Part shown: piece by piece, positions 18,910 to 31,400 of the stretch
Layout: the number at the start of each line of letters is the position of its first letter
Numbering within the stretch: position 1 is the first letter of the stretch
Source: Eledone cirrhosa
Taxonomy: Eukaryota
DNA: 64,000 nt
Direction: 5' to 3'
Assembly (NCBI GenBank): GCA_964016885.1
Contig: OZ024759.1
Location: 8,742,001 to 8,806,000 of the forward strand
Program-made: the position numbers and the translations under genes
Notes under the pieces: generated by a model
Databases searched by the model: none
Seen by the model: the letters and a program-made list of their open reading frames with translations, nothing else
What the model was told of the DNA's origin: nothing

Positions 18910-20017
18910 GTGTGATGGTGTGGTGTTGTGTGGTGTGGTGTGTGCTGTGGTGTGGTGTGTTGTGTTGTTGTGTGGTGTTGTGTGTTGTGTTGTTGTGTTG
19001 TGTGGTGTTGTGTGTTGTGTTGTTGTGTGGTGTGTTGTGTGGTGTGGTGTGGTGTGGTGTGGTGTGTATGTAGTATGTGTGTGGTGTGTATGTGTGTGGT
19101 GTGTTGTGTTGTGTGGTGTGGTGTGGTGTGGTGTGGTGTGGTGTGGTGTTGTGGTGTGGTGTGTTCTGTGGTGTTGTGTGTGGTGTTGTGTGTTGTGGTG
19201 TGGTGTGTTGTGGTGTGTTGTGTGGTGTGGTGTTGTATTGTTGTGTGGTGTGTTGTGTTGTGGTGTTGTGTGGTGTGTTGTGGTATGGTGTGGTGTGTTG
19301 TGTTGTGGTGCAGTGTGTTGTGGTGTGATGTGTATTGTGTTGTTGTGTGGTGAGGTGTGGTGTGGTGTGTTGTGTTGTGGTGTGGTGTGGTGTGGTGTGG
19401 TGTGTGTTGTGTTGTCGTGTGGTGTGTTGTGGTGGGTTTTAGTGTGGTGTGGTGTGGAGTGGTGTGTTGTGTTGTGGTGTGGTGTGGGTTAGTGTGTGTT
19501 GTGTTGTTTTGTGGTGTGTTGTGTTGTGTTGTGGTTTGGTGTGGTGTGCTGTGGTACTTTGTGGTGTGGCGTGTATGGTGTTGTGGTGTGTCGCGTTGTG
19601 TGGTGTGGTATTGCGTGGTGTGTCGTGGTGTGGTGTGGTGTGGTGTGGGTTGGTGTGTGTTGTGTTGTGTTGTTTTGTGGTGTGTTGTGGTGTGTTGTAT
19701 TGTGGTTTGGTGTGGTGTGTTGTGGTACTTTGTGGTGTGGCGTGTATGGTGTTGTGGTGTGTCGTGGTGTGTGATGTGTGGTGTGGCATGCTGAGATGTG
19801 GTGTGGTGTTGTGTGGTGTGTTGTGTTGTGGTGTGGTGTTGTGTGGTGTGTTGTGTTGTCTTGTGGTATGTGTGGACTGGTGTGGTGTGTTGTGTTGTGT
19901 TGTGTGGTGGGATGTATTGTGGTGTGGTGTGGTGTGTTGTGGTGTGGTGTGGTGCCGTGTGGTATTGCGTGGTGTGTTGTGTTGTGTTGTGTTGCGTTGT
20001 GTTGCGTTGCGTTGTGC
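18910..20017. repeat. Degenerate (GTGTG/GTGTT)n low-complexity satellite
   Basis: Direct observation; includes an internal duplication near 19480-19770. Confidence 0.95.
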
Positions 20018-21199
20018 TATTTTCCTGTGTAGTCATTATACAGGATGTATGGTGCAGAAGAGAGTGTCTTGTGTATAATATTGAGTGCTACGGTAGTGTA
20101 CACTGTGTGGAATGTTAGTTGTGCTCACCTGTTGCTTTATTTCAACTATAATATTGTGTTGTTTCTTTTTAAATATTTTTATGAATATTTTTCTTTGTCA
20201 CAGTTTATGCTTGAGTTAATATGATTGATGCTAATGTGGCTTTCCTGGTCTACATCCTGTTTAGTTGGTGCGTGATAAGTTATTATTGGATGATCCTTAA
20301 TAAGCTTACCTGGCCATTGGTAAGCTTGTTCAATAGGTTACCTGAACATATGTAGATTTTAGCTAGTTTACCCGAAGACATGTAGGTTTTAACTAGCTTA
20401 TAGCGAGATTGGTGGTCATGTAGGTCGTTGATTGTGTTATGGCGTTGATTCATTTGTTCTATGTGTGCTCACTTGTAGATTGCTGTGTGGTGTTGACACT
20501 GTTGTGTGAGTGTAGGCAAGAGAAAATTGATGTGCCTGATATAGTGTAACCAGAGTAAGTGTTTGTAGTGACCCCTAGCGGTGAAATCCAGAACTCATGA
20601 GAGATATGTCCCTAGTGTTAACAACAAGAAGTAAATGGGAGAAGATTGATGTGCCTGATATATTGTAACCAGAGGTTGCCCGTGTGCAAGTAAGTGAGTA
20701 AGTGTTCATTAAGATGATGATATGATAGTTCCTTGATCACGCAGAAAATGAATTTATATATAAATGAACCACGACAACACCAAACCACTACATTATTAAT
20801 TTATGGAAATTAGCTCACACTGGAGTGACATTTGATATGGACGTTCTTTGTTTGTTTGTAAACGTAGAATTAAAGTTGTATTTATCAAAAGTTTGTGAAG
20901 ATGTGTTGAATTTCACTGGCTTGGTTGAGAGGAAGAGAGTGAGTGAGAGGAAGTAAGACCCAAGGGTGTGTGTAAAGCAAGTGTTTACATATCTACTTTA
21001 TGAAGAATCGCTCCAAACTCCCTGGTCTAAGGCAGGCTATTTATGAATATCGCTTCCTTTGTCTCCAAGACTTGAGAAGAAACGGCTGACCTTTTGACAT
21101 CTCTGAATCTCAGATCTGTTGACGACAAAAAGGAGATAACCTAGAAATTGACCATTAAAATCCCCTGGGGTTCAAATATTGTGGATAGGTTTTGCAACA

Positions 21200-22206
21200 A
21201 GCTTACCTGACCACAGGTAGGACTAAACTAGCCTACCTGGCCACAGGTAGGACTAAACTAGCTTACCTGACTACAAGTAGGACTAAACTAGCCTACCTGG
21301 CCACAGGTAGGACTAAACTAGCTTACCTGACTACAAGTAGGACTAAACTAGCCTACCTGACCACAGGTAGGACTAAACTAGCTTACCTGACCACAGGTAG
21401 GACTAAACTAGCTTACCTGACCACAGGTAGGACTAAACTAGCTTACCTGACCACAGGTAGGACTAAACTAGCCTACCTGACCACAGGTAGGACTAAACTA
21501 ACCTACCTGGTCACAGGTAAGACTTAACTAACTTACCTGACCACAGGTAAGACTTAACTAACCTACCTGGCCACAGGTAAGACTTAACTAACTTACCTGA
21601 CCACAGGTAAGACTTAACTAACTTACCTGACCACAGGTAAGACTTAACTAACTTACCTGACCACAGGTAAGACTTAACTAACTTACCTGACCACAGGTAA
21701 GACTTAACTAACCTACCTGGCCACAGGTAAGACTTAACTAACTTACCTGGCCACAGGTAAGACTTAACTAACTTACCTGACCACAGGTAAGACTTAACTA
21801 ACTTACCTGACCACAGGTAAGACTTAACTAACTTACCTGGCCACAGGTAAGACTTAACTAACTTACCTGACCACAGGTAAGACTTAACTAACTTACCTGA
21901 CCACAGGTAAGACTTAACTAACTTACCTGACCACAGGTAAGACTTAACTAACCTACCTGGCCACAGGTAAGACTTAACTAACTTACCTGACCACAGGTAA
22001 GACTTAACTAACTTACCTGACCACAGGTAAGACTTAACTAACTTACCTGACCACAGGTAAGACTTAACTAACCTACCTGGCCACAGGTAAGACTTAACTA
22101 ACCTACCTGGCCACAGGTAAGACTTAACTAACTTACCTGGCCACAGGTAAGACTTAACTAACCTACCTGGCCATAGGTAGGACTTAACTAACCTACCTGG
22201 CCACAG
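21200..22206. repeat. 30-bp minisatellite, about 33 units, two blocks of variants, each unit a hairpin
   Basis: Unit A GCTTACCTGACCACAGGTAGGACTAAACTA (about 10 copies) then unit B ACTTACCTGACCACAGGTAAGACTTAACTA (about 23 copies). Confidence 0.97.
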
Positions 22207-22271
22207 CAATCTCTCCAATCAGGTAGGATCTACTTGTAAAGATCAAGGGTACTGTCTCTTTCTTGAATAAC

Positions 22272-22371
22272 TTGTTGTTGCTGTTGTTGCTGCTGCTGTT
22301 GTTGTTGTTGCTGCTGCTGCCGTTGTTGGTGGTGTTGTTGCGGCTGTTGTTGTTGTTGTTGTTTTTGTTGT
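22272..22371. repeat. (TTG/CTG)n trinucleotide repeat
   Basis: Direct observation. Confidence 0.9.
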
Positions 22372-22550
22372 TGCAACCGAAAGGTTGTGAGTTCAATTCT
22401 CAGACCGGGTGATGTGTTGTTTCTTTGAGCAAGACACTTTATTTCACATTGCTCCAGTTTACTCAGCTGTAGAAATGAGATGATAGGGACTGGGCTCCCT
22501 ATCATTCCACTGCAAAGTGGTCGTGGAGGTGCCACGGCAAAAAAAGCACC
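22372..22550 (+). mobile_element. SINE family B, partial
   Basis: AAGGTTGTGAGTTCAATTCTCAGACCGGGTGATGTG...GGAGGTGCCACGGCAAAAAAAGCACC. Confidence 0.85.
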
Positions 22551-22890
22551 TAAAACTGGGGATATATAAATATGTGGGTTGCACTTCGAATATTTTCAAG
22601 AAAAGATGGTATGTGCACACCCGCATGTTTAAAAAACCCAGTTTAGTTATATCCATGGCCCTGGCGAAAATAATTTGGGATCCGAAGCACGCTAATATTG
22701 AATACACACTACAAAGGCCCATGCTAAATTCACCTGTCCATACCAGAATGAAAGACGCCCTTGTGAACTATGTTTGGCGGAGGTAATTGAAATAGCAACC
22801 GGAAAGAACCTACTAAATTCCTGGCATGATAGGATATTTAAATTCCAACTGGACTATTTAGTACATTTCCTGTGGCATTTGAATTTTTCA
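22551..22890 (+). pseudogene. Penelope-like element GIY-YIG endonuclease fragment, frameshifted
   Basis: YKYVGCTSNIFKKRWYVH...ALAKIIW...then PYQNERRPCELCLAEVIEIA...LLN in another frame; followed by a pyrimidine-rich UTR and a hammerhead. Confidence 0.7.
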
Positions 22891-23256
22891 CACCCAATGG
22901 ATTCAGTAATACTGAAAACAATCACATTTTCTTAATTCCTTTTCTCCCTATCCACTCTACCCTACTCTTAATTTCTACACACTCTCTTTTTCTGTCCCTC
23001 TCTTCATACCTTCTCTACCCTCTCGACCATATATGGTAAACAACAAAACCTTCACCTATACCAATGATCAAAGAATAATTGTTCCACATCACAGCACACA
23101 GATTGATAATGTGAAACTCTTTATCCCCACCCCCTCTCCTCTCTGACTGCATTTCATTTTTTTTTTATTGTCATTTTAATTTATTTATATTTTCTTAAAT
23201 GAAAATCCCATTGCTGAATTCTACCGCATGGTGAATAGTCACTTCCACTATTATAG

Positions 23257-23544
23257 GCTTTCTGATGAAGTGAAATGAATAATTAAGTATTACATATGAT
23301 TGAGCATTATATATTGTAGTCAGCATATGTAGATAATTATAATAGAGTTTCTACTTTTGGCACACGGCCAGCAATTACCCCAGTGCATCACTGGTACTTT
23401 ATTTTATTGACCTCGTAAGGATGAAAGGCAAAGTTAACCTCAGCGGATTTGAACTCAGAATGCCAAGGGCCATAACTATGCTGCAAAGCATGGTGTCTGA
23501 CGCTCTACCGATTCTGCCAAACCCACAGAAACATATGTTAAAGC
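23257..23544 (+). ncRNA. Hammerhead ribozyme whose stem II loop contains a SINE
   Basis: gcttt CTGATGA a-gtg...(about 250 nt)...cac-a GAAAC atat GTT aaagc; 5-bp stem I is perfect. Confidence 0.6.
23346..23520 (-). mobile_element. SINE family A
   Basis: GTTTCTACTTTTGGCAC...GGATGAAAGGCAAAGTTAACCTC...GATTTGAACTC...GATTCTGCCAA is the reverse complement of the 412-582 family. Confidence 0.85.
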
Positions 23545-23674
23545 AAATAAATTCCTAATCTCTTCACATCAACATTTTATTTTTCTTGGTGCAATACTCC
23601 CTAGTCCGTAGAAATCAACCACATAAATAATCATTTAAACGAGGCTATAAGTTTAAAATGTAACTATGAAGAAA

Positions 23675-23834
23675 TAATTGTTTCTACTTTAGGCACAAGG
23701 CCAGCAATTACCCAGTGCATTACTGGTACTTTATTTTATCGACCCCGTAAGGATGAAAGGCAAAGTCAACCTCGACGGGATTTGAACTCAGATCGTAAAG
23801 GGACGTAACTATGCTGGAAAGCATGGTGTCTGAC
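23675..23834 (-). mobile_element. SINE family A, 5' truncated
   Basis: Same core as 23346-23520. Confidence 0.85.
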
Positions 23835-24120
23835 CCGAAGAAATAATAGACAAATGATACAGTCTATCTTCCACGAGGGACAGTCAGATAAAATTTACCT
23901 AGTCATTCCTTTTAGCTCGTAGAAATCGACTAGACAAATAATCAACTAAATGGAGTTAGGTATAAAATAGAAGTTAGAAGAAAAAATAAATATAAACTTT
24001 ACCAAAATTCCTCTAGTCCCGACTGTTGACAGTTTCGCTCTTTTTTTGCGGATATATCTGATCCTGGATTTATCCACGAGGCTTGGAGCTTATCAAGAGA
24101 CGCCCCGAGTTTGGACTAAC

Positions 24121-24630
24121 ATTTCCACCGTGATCCCCGCCAGAAATGAATTCAAAAATGGCTAAGAATTATCATGTGGCTAGCATTCAAGGTAGAAGGG
24201 TGTGATTGGTTGCCAGGCGGCGAGTAGGCTGGTTGCTAGAAAGCGCAGCCAGATACTGCCTAAAGTGTACTACCTTATGGGAGTATATAATAAATTCATA
24301 GGGATATATGTATATATATTTAGACATAGTCACAGATACATATATGAGTGTGGCTACCTTTCACGGTGTGGCTCAATGAAATTAATTAAGCAAATAATTA
24401 TTAATCAGAGCTATATATAAAATTGCAAGTTGATGAATTTATTATATATTCCCGTAAGGTAGAGTAACACTTTAGGCAGTATCTGGCTGCGCTTTCTAGC
24501 AACCAGCCTATTCGTTGCCTGGCAACCAATCACAACCTTCTGCCTTGACCACTAGCCACGTGATAATTCTTAGCCATTTTTGGCGGGGATCACAGTGAAA
24601 TTCATTTCTGACGGGGATCACGGTGGAAAT
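24121..24630. repeat. Inverted repeat, about 180-bp diverged arms (24121-24299 / 24433-24630)
   Basis: GGTTGCTAGAAAGCGCAGCCAGATACTGCCTAAAGTGT and its reverse complement. Confidence 0.88.
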
Positions 24631-25193
24631 TTTATTGTGTCTACCATTATTATATTTCTTTATTAGAGAAATTTTGTAACGCCTGATGTGCCTCGTGTTT
24701 GTAATAAATATTTAAAGAATTTCACCAGTCCAGCCTCCTGTCATTTAATAATAATTAACTCTTTTCTCGCACCACCAACAAGATTCAACATTAACGAAGA
24801 TGGATGAGTTGCATTACGTTGAGTGCTTTTCCTAATATTACATCACGGTTGACTCTATGGAATGACCAGTTCTATTCAGTGGTGAACCAACAAACCTAAA
24901 TATATATATATATATGAAAGTGTTGAAGTTTGCTTGAAAACCCCCAGTCGATGGATGCAAAATCCGAAATATAGGGACAATTAAATCACTTCCAAGATAA
25001 CTCTATCTCGTGTTATTATTTTTACACTCTTTCCTATGTTCCTCTACACGCTATACATCTTATTCTACATTTCCTCTTACATCTCTCTCTTCACCACCGG
25101 ATTCTGTTACCCGCAGATTTACCCACCTGCATTGTTGAGGCTTCTAAAACGACCCATTTCATTATTCCACAATGCTTCAAGCAAACTTCAACA

Positions 25194-25229
<36 letters not shown>

Positions 25230-25423
25230 GGTTTGTTGGTTCACCACTGGATAGAACTGGTCATGTCAACCGTGATGTAATATTAGGAAAAGCACTCAAT
25301 GTAATGCAACTCATCCATCTTCGTTTATGTTGAATCTTGTTGGTGGTGCGAGAAAAGAGTTAATTATTATTGAGTAAAATGACAGGAGGCTGGACTGGTG
25401 AAATCCCTTAAAGATTTATTATA

Positions 25424-25483
25424 AACACTAGGCACATTTCAATGACCGGGTCCTGCAGGAACCCCGTGACATCATCAGGTGTT
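25424..25483 (-). ncRNA. Type I hammerhead ribozyme
   Basis: Minus: aacac CTGATGA tgtcacggggttcc-tgca-ggacccggtcatt GAAAT gtgc CTA gtgtt; perfect stem I, weak stem III. Confidence 0.65.
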
Positions 25484-25515
25484 ACAAAATTTATCTAATA
25501 AAGGAATATAATAAT

Positions 25516-25702
25516 TGTTTCTACTTTTGGCACAAAGCCAGCAATTATCCAGTGCATTACTGGTACTTTATTTTATCGACCCCGTAAGGATGAAAGGCAA
25601 AGTTAACTTCGGCGGGATTTGAACTCAGAATGGCAAGGGGCGTAACTCTATGCGTCAACGCATGGCGTCCGACCCTCTACCGATACTGCCAATCCGGCGC
25701 CA
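25516..25702 (-). mobile_element. SINE family A, full length
   Basis: 20-bp TSD TAATAAAGGAATATAATAAT at 25496-25515 and 25703-25722. Confidence 0.9.
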
Positions 25703-26279
25703 TAATAAAGGAATATAATAATGGTAGACAATCCAAGGGGCTGAAAAGTAGAGAGAAATGTTTAAGACCTGAAGGTGGCCAGAGCCAGCAGTTGCCAGCC
25801 TGGATGACCGCCCTCAAGTGAGGAATCTACTTAATTTCGTCTTGTTGGTCTGGTCAGAGGGTGGTATGCTTATAGTGCATTCCACTACTACCACACTGTT
25901 ACCCACTGCCATAGCTATGCCCAAATGTATATTCATGTATTTATCTATGCTTTATACTATAAAAATTATTCCTCCTTGTCTCTCTATCCTTGATCAATTC
26001 TCTTTTGCTTTCTATACTTCTAGTAACTATCTTTTTTCCTCATCTCTTTCTTCTTTCTTTCTTCTTTCTTCAATAACTTAAATTATTTGAATCTCTAACA
26101 GTTATGTAAATTGCTATTATGTATTTTAAAACTTTCTCACACGCACCCTCTGTATTATATGTAAGTTTTTTCATGTCTCAATCTTAAGGTATATAAATAT
26201 TGAGTCTTGTCATATCTTATTCACTACCATGACTGAATCTTAACCATCTACTATGTCCGGGTATGTCATGCATCATCTT

Positions 26280-26344
26280 ATTTTATCTGATGAGGATGTA
26301 CTGTTGAAGGTAGCTCAGTACCTCTGAAATATGTATAATAAAAT
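26280..26344 (+). ncRNA. Type I hammerhead ribozyme
   Basis: attttat CTGATGA ggat-gtactg...cagtac-ctct GAAAT atgt ATA ataaaat; 7-bp perfect stem I. Confidence 0.75.
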
Positions 26345-26629
26345 ATACTTGATCACACGAATGTCTATTTTTATTAATATTTTGAATTAATATATATATA
26401 TATTCTTATATATCTTATTCTTATATATATATCCTTAGGGACCACCAGATGACAGATCGGAGTACCCTATCAAAGGCCTTCTCTAGGTTAACAAAAGCTA
26501 AGTATAGTGGCTTATTCTTCTCTAAGAATCTCTCTTGTAGTTGTCTCACTAAGAAGAGGGCATCTTTAGACCCGACAGAGGGTCTAAAGTGGCAGAGGGT
26601 CTAAAGTTATAACATCTTAGTTATAAGCT

Positions 26630-27195
26630 TTTCTGGGTGGGTAATTTGATGGGTTAGGTGGGGTAGGCATTTTACTGGCTGAGAGACGGATCGATAAGCC
26701 TATAGAGGTAGTTCGAGTTAGTAATAGAATAATTAAGCTTAGATTAGTTGTAGGCAGGAGACTGCTGACAATCATCTCTGCCTATGCTCCCCAAAGCAGG
26801 CCTAGGTAAAGAAGAGAAAGACTGCTTTTACGAGCTACTTTTACAAAACAGCCGCAATGACAGAGGATGGAGACATCGTTATGCTAGCAGGGGACTTCAA
26901 TGTCATTTTGGACAGCTGCAGGATGGACACACTGGGGTACATGGTAGTCATGGTTATGGAAGAATGTACCCCACAGCATAGGTTAGTCGTTAGTGACACC
27001 TCAACAAGCAAGAGACAAAATGAGACATACAGGAAGGTGTGGAAAAGGAAGGTTTGGAAGCTAAAAGACCTTTCACTAAAATATAAATTTAGGGAGGCCC
27101 TCCAAGATGTGTATGACGAAAAAGAAGACGATTTAGAATCGTATGGCATAGATGATAACTGGAACTTCTTACGTGACAACTTACTGCATGCCATT
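26630..27195 (+). pseudogene. RTE LINE apurinic endonuclease fragment, deleted and frameshifted
   Basis: GGVGILLAERRIDKPIEVVRVSNRIIKLRL...IISAYAPQ, GLGKEEKDCFYELL, IVMLAGDFN, QHRLVVSD, KVWKLK. Confidence 0.85.
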
Positions 27196-27593
27196 TTTAA
27201 CATTTTTTAACATTCTGTATGTAATAAGCTTGATATATTCATTTTCTAATTTACCTCACACATGCCTTTACTAATATTCTGTATATTTTGCTTCGTATAT
27301 CCTTATTATAACACCTTCCAATGCTATATCTTTTTACTGTAATATGTACTTGCTTGATATCTTTTTGCACCTGAATTACCTTTATGAATAACTTTCTATA
27401 TAATATGGTCACTATTATCACTTTATGTAATAACCTCTTCACAACAACTCCTAATACTTTGATATCTGTATAACATAACATCATTTTGTCACTCTTACTT
27501 TTCAATATGATGTCACTGACACTGTCAATAGTTATGTATCTTTATCCATGTTCCGAAGACTAGGAATGTAATTACTTGTTTAAACATTGTGTA

Positions 27594-27640
27594 TGCTCTG
27601 AGGATTCCAGACAGTTGTCTGGAAGAAACGATCGTCAGCA
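27594..27640 (+). ncRNA. Type I hammerhead ribozyme, canonical core
   Basis: tgct CTGAGGA ttccagac-agtt-gtctggaa GAAAC gatc GTC agca; 8-bp stem II, palindromic stem III ACGATCGT, GUC triplet. Confidence 0.85.
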
Positions 27641-27816
27641 ATTAAATGTATTAAACAAAGATTTAATTGTTTTATATTTTGTATCTCTGCTCTGTAATAT
27701 GTCGGATAATTTACATTGAGCTTTTTTTCTTACTGGTAATTAGGTAGTGCTTAATACTACCCTTTCATATTTATAATTATATATAACTCATATATAAGTA
27801 TAAATAATATTATTAG

Positions 27817-27990
27817 ATGATGTGGATTGGCAGTATCGGTAGAGGGTTGGATGCCATGCTTTGTAGCACAGTTATATCCCTTTACGGACTGAGTTCAAAT
27901 CATCGGGGTCGATAAAATAAAGTACCAGTAATGTACTGGGTATTTGCTGGCCTTGTGCCAAAAATAGGAAAAAAAGTAGAAATAATTATT
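27817..27990 (+). mobile_element. SINE family A, internally deleted
   Basis: GGATTGGCAGTATCGGTAGAGGG...GAGTTCAAAT...GGGGTCGATAAAATAAAGTACCAGTA. Confidence 0.8.
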
Positions 27991-28402
27991 GGTATATATA
28001 TGTATATATATATATATATTTATCCAACCTAATTACGCCATTGTTCCAACATCCCAGTTGCCTGTTCCAAGAAACGTCCGAGTTGACACGAACATCATGA
28101 AAATCTCAAAGCAATGAAGGAATGTACCTGAGACAAATAAACAAAGAAATGTCACAGATCGACTTCAACACACACCTTTTACTTCCTTACACTGAAATCT
28201 ATCTTCATCACTACACATATACACTTACACACATGCGTAGATATATCATACACAAACTCACATTAAACTCTAACGTTTTCATTCAAATTAAATCTACGTT
28301 CCTCACGCCAATGAGAGGCTATATATCAACAGAATCAATGAACCCCACACCTGCCTCCCTTACTGAGTCGGGTGGAACTCATTAGATCAAACTAAGGAAG
28401 CA

Positions 28403-31400
28403 ATGTTTCCATTGGTCTTCCCATTTCTGATACTGTCTACTGTTCACATGTTTCCATTGGTCTTCCCATTTCTGATACTGTCTACTAGTCACATGTTTCC
28501 ATTGGTCTTCCCATTTCTGATACTGTCTACTGTTCACATGTTTCCATTGGTCTTCCCATTTCTGATACTGTCTACTGTTCACATGTTTCCATTGGTCTTC
28601 CCATTTCTGATACTGTCTACTGTTCACATGTTTCCATTGGTCTTCCCATTTCTGATACTGTCTACTGTTCACATGTTTCCATTGGTCTTCCCATTTCTGA
28701 TACTGTCTACTGTTCACATGTTTCCATTGGTCTTCCCATTTCTGATACTGTCTACTGTTCACATGTTTCCATTGGTCTTCCCATTTCTGATACTGTCTAC
28801 TGTTCACATGTTTCCATTGGTCTTCCCATTTCTGATACTGTCTACTAGTCAAATGTTTCCATTGGTCTTCCCATTTCTGATACTGTCTACTAGTCACATG
28901 TTTCCATTGGTCTTCCCATTTCTGATACTGTCTACTAGTCAAATGTTTCCATTGGTCTTCCCATTTCTGATACTGTCTACTAGTCACATGTTTCCATTGG
29001 TCTTCCCATTTCTGATACTGTCTACTAGTCACATGTTTCCATTGGTCTTCCCATTTCTGATACTGTCTACTGTCCACATGTTTCCATTGGTCTTCCCATT
29101 TCTGATACTGTCTACTAGTCACATGTTTCCATTGGTCTTCCCATTTCTGATACTGTCTACTAGTCAAATGTTTCCATTGGTCTTCCCATTTCTGATACTG
29201 TCTACTGTTCACATGTTTCCATTGGTCTTCCCATTTCTGATACTGTCTACTGTCCACATGTTTCCATTGGTCTTCCCATTTCTGATACTGTCTACTAGTC
29301 AAATGTTTCCATTGGTCTTCCCATTTCTGATACTGTCTACTGTTCACATGTTTCCATTGGTCTTCCCATTTCTGATACTGTCTACTGTCCACATGTTTCC
29401 ATTGGTCTTCCCATTTCTGATACTGTCTACTGTTCACATGTTTCCATTGGTCTTCCCATTTCTGATACTGTCTACTAGTCAAATGTTTCCATTGGTCTTC
29501 CCATTTCTGATACTGTCTACTGTTCACATGTTTCCATTGGTCTTCCCATTTCTGATACTGTCTACTAGTCACATGTTTCCATTGGTCTTCCCATTTCTGA
29601 TACTGTCTACTGTTCACATGTTTCCATTGGTCTTCCCATTTCTGATACTGTCTACTGTTCACATGTTTCCATTGGTCTTCCCATTTCTGATACTGTCTAC
29701 TGTTCACATGTTTCCATTGGTCTTCCCATTTCTGATACTGTCTACTGTTCACATGTTTCCATTGGTCTTCCCATTTCTGATACTGTCTACTGTTCACATG
29801 TTTCCATTGGTCTTCCCATTTCTGATACTGTCTACTGTTCACATGTTTCCATTGGTCTTCCCATTTCTGATACTGTCTACTGTTCACATGTTTCCATTGG
29901 TCTTCCCATTTCTGATACTGTCTACTAGTCAAATGTTTCCATTGGTCTTCCCATTTCTGATACTGTCTACTAGTCACATGTTTCCATTGGTCTTCCCATT
30001 TCTGATACTGTCTACTAGTCAAATGTTTCCATTGGTCTTCCCATTTCTGATACTGTCTACTAGTCACATGTTTCCATTGGTCTTCCCATTTCTGATACTG
30101 TCTACTAGTCACATGTTTCCATTGGTCTTCCCATTTCTGATACTGTCTACTGTCCACATGTTTCCATTGGTCTTCCCATTTCTGATACTGTCTACTAGTC
30201 ACATGTTTCCATTGGTCTTCCCATTTCTGATACTGTCTACTAGTCAAATGTTTCCATTGGTCTTCCCATTTCTGATACTGTCTACTGTTCACATGTTTCC
30301 ATTGGTCTTCCCATTTCTGATACTGTCTACTGTCCACATGTTTCCATTGGTCTTCCCATTTCTGATACTGTCTACTAGTCAAATGTTTCCATTGGTCTTC
30401 CCATTTCTGATACTGTCTACTGTTCACATGTTTCCATTGGTCTTCCCATTTCTGATACTGTCTACTGTCCACATGTTTCCATTGGTCTTCCCATTTCTGA
30501 TACTGTCTACTAGTCACATGTTTCCATTGGTCTTCCCATTTCTGATACTGTCTACTAGTCAAATGTTTCCATTGGTCTTCCCATTTCTGATACTGTCTAC
30601 TGTTCACATGTTTCCATTGGTCTTCCCATTTCTGATACTGTCTACTAGTCACATGTTTCCATTGGTCTTCCCATTTCTGATACTGTCTACTGTTCACATG
30701 TTTCCATTGGTCTTCCCATTTCTGATACTGTCTACTGTTCACATGTTTCCATTGGTCTTCCCATTTCTGATACTGTCTACTGTTCACATGTTTCCATTGG
30801 TCTTCCCATTTCTGATACTGTCTACTGTCCACATGTTTCCATTGGTCTTCCCATTTCTGATACTGTCTACTGTTCACATGTTTCCATTGGTCTTCCCATT
30901 TCTGATACTGTCTACTGTTCACATGTTTCCATTGGTCTTCCCATTTCTGATACTGTCTACTGTCCACATGTTTCCATTGGTCTTCCCATTTCTGATACTG
31001 TCTACTGTTCACATGTTTCCATTGGTCTTCCCATTTCTGATACTGTCTACTGTTCACATGTTTCCATTGGTCTTCCCATTTCTGATACTGTCTACTAGTC
31101 AAATGTTTCCATTGGTCTTCCCATTTCTGATACTGTCTACTGTTCACATGTTTCCATTGGTCTTCCCATTTCTGATACTGTCTACTAGTCAAATGTTTCC
31201 ATTGGTCTTCCCATTTCTGATACTGTCTACTGTCCACATGTTTCCATTGGTCTTCCCATTTCTGATACTGTCTACTAGTCAAATGTTTCCATTGGTCTTC
31301 CCATTTCTGATACTGTCTACTGTCCACATGTTTCCATTGGTCTTCCCATTTCTGATACTGTCTACTAGTCACATGTTTCCATTGGTCTTCCCATTTCTGA

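Larger units (their letters stand above)
24637..25730. repeat. Inverted repeat with about 310-bp arms; right arm carries a hammerhead and a SINE insertion
   Basis: 24637-24947 pairs with 25176-25515 plus 25723-25730, e.g. CTTTTCTCGCACCACCAACAAGATTCAACAT / ATGTTGAATCTTGTTGGTGGTGCGAGAAAAG. Confidence 0.88.

Noticed and set aside
18864-20118. His/Thr-rich and Cys/Val-rich ORFs
   Set aside because: Translations of the GTGTG low-complexity tract
21192-22218. Repetitive ORFs (TTGRTKLAYL; WSGKLVKSYL)
   Set aside because: Frames of the 30-bp minisatellite, confined to the array
22230-22535. Poly-Q ORF
   Set aside because: Antisense SINE sequence fused to a trinucleotide repeat
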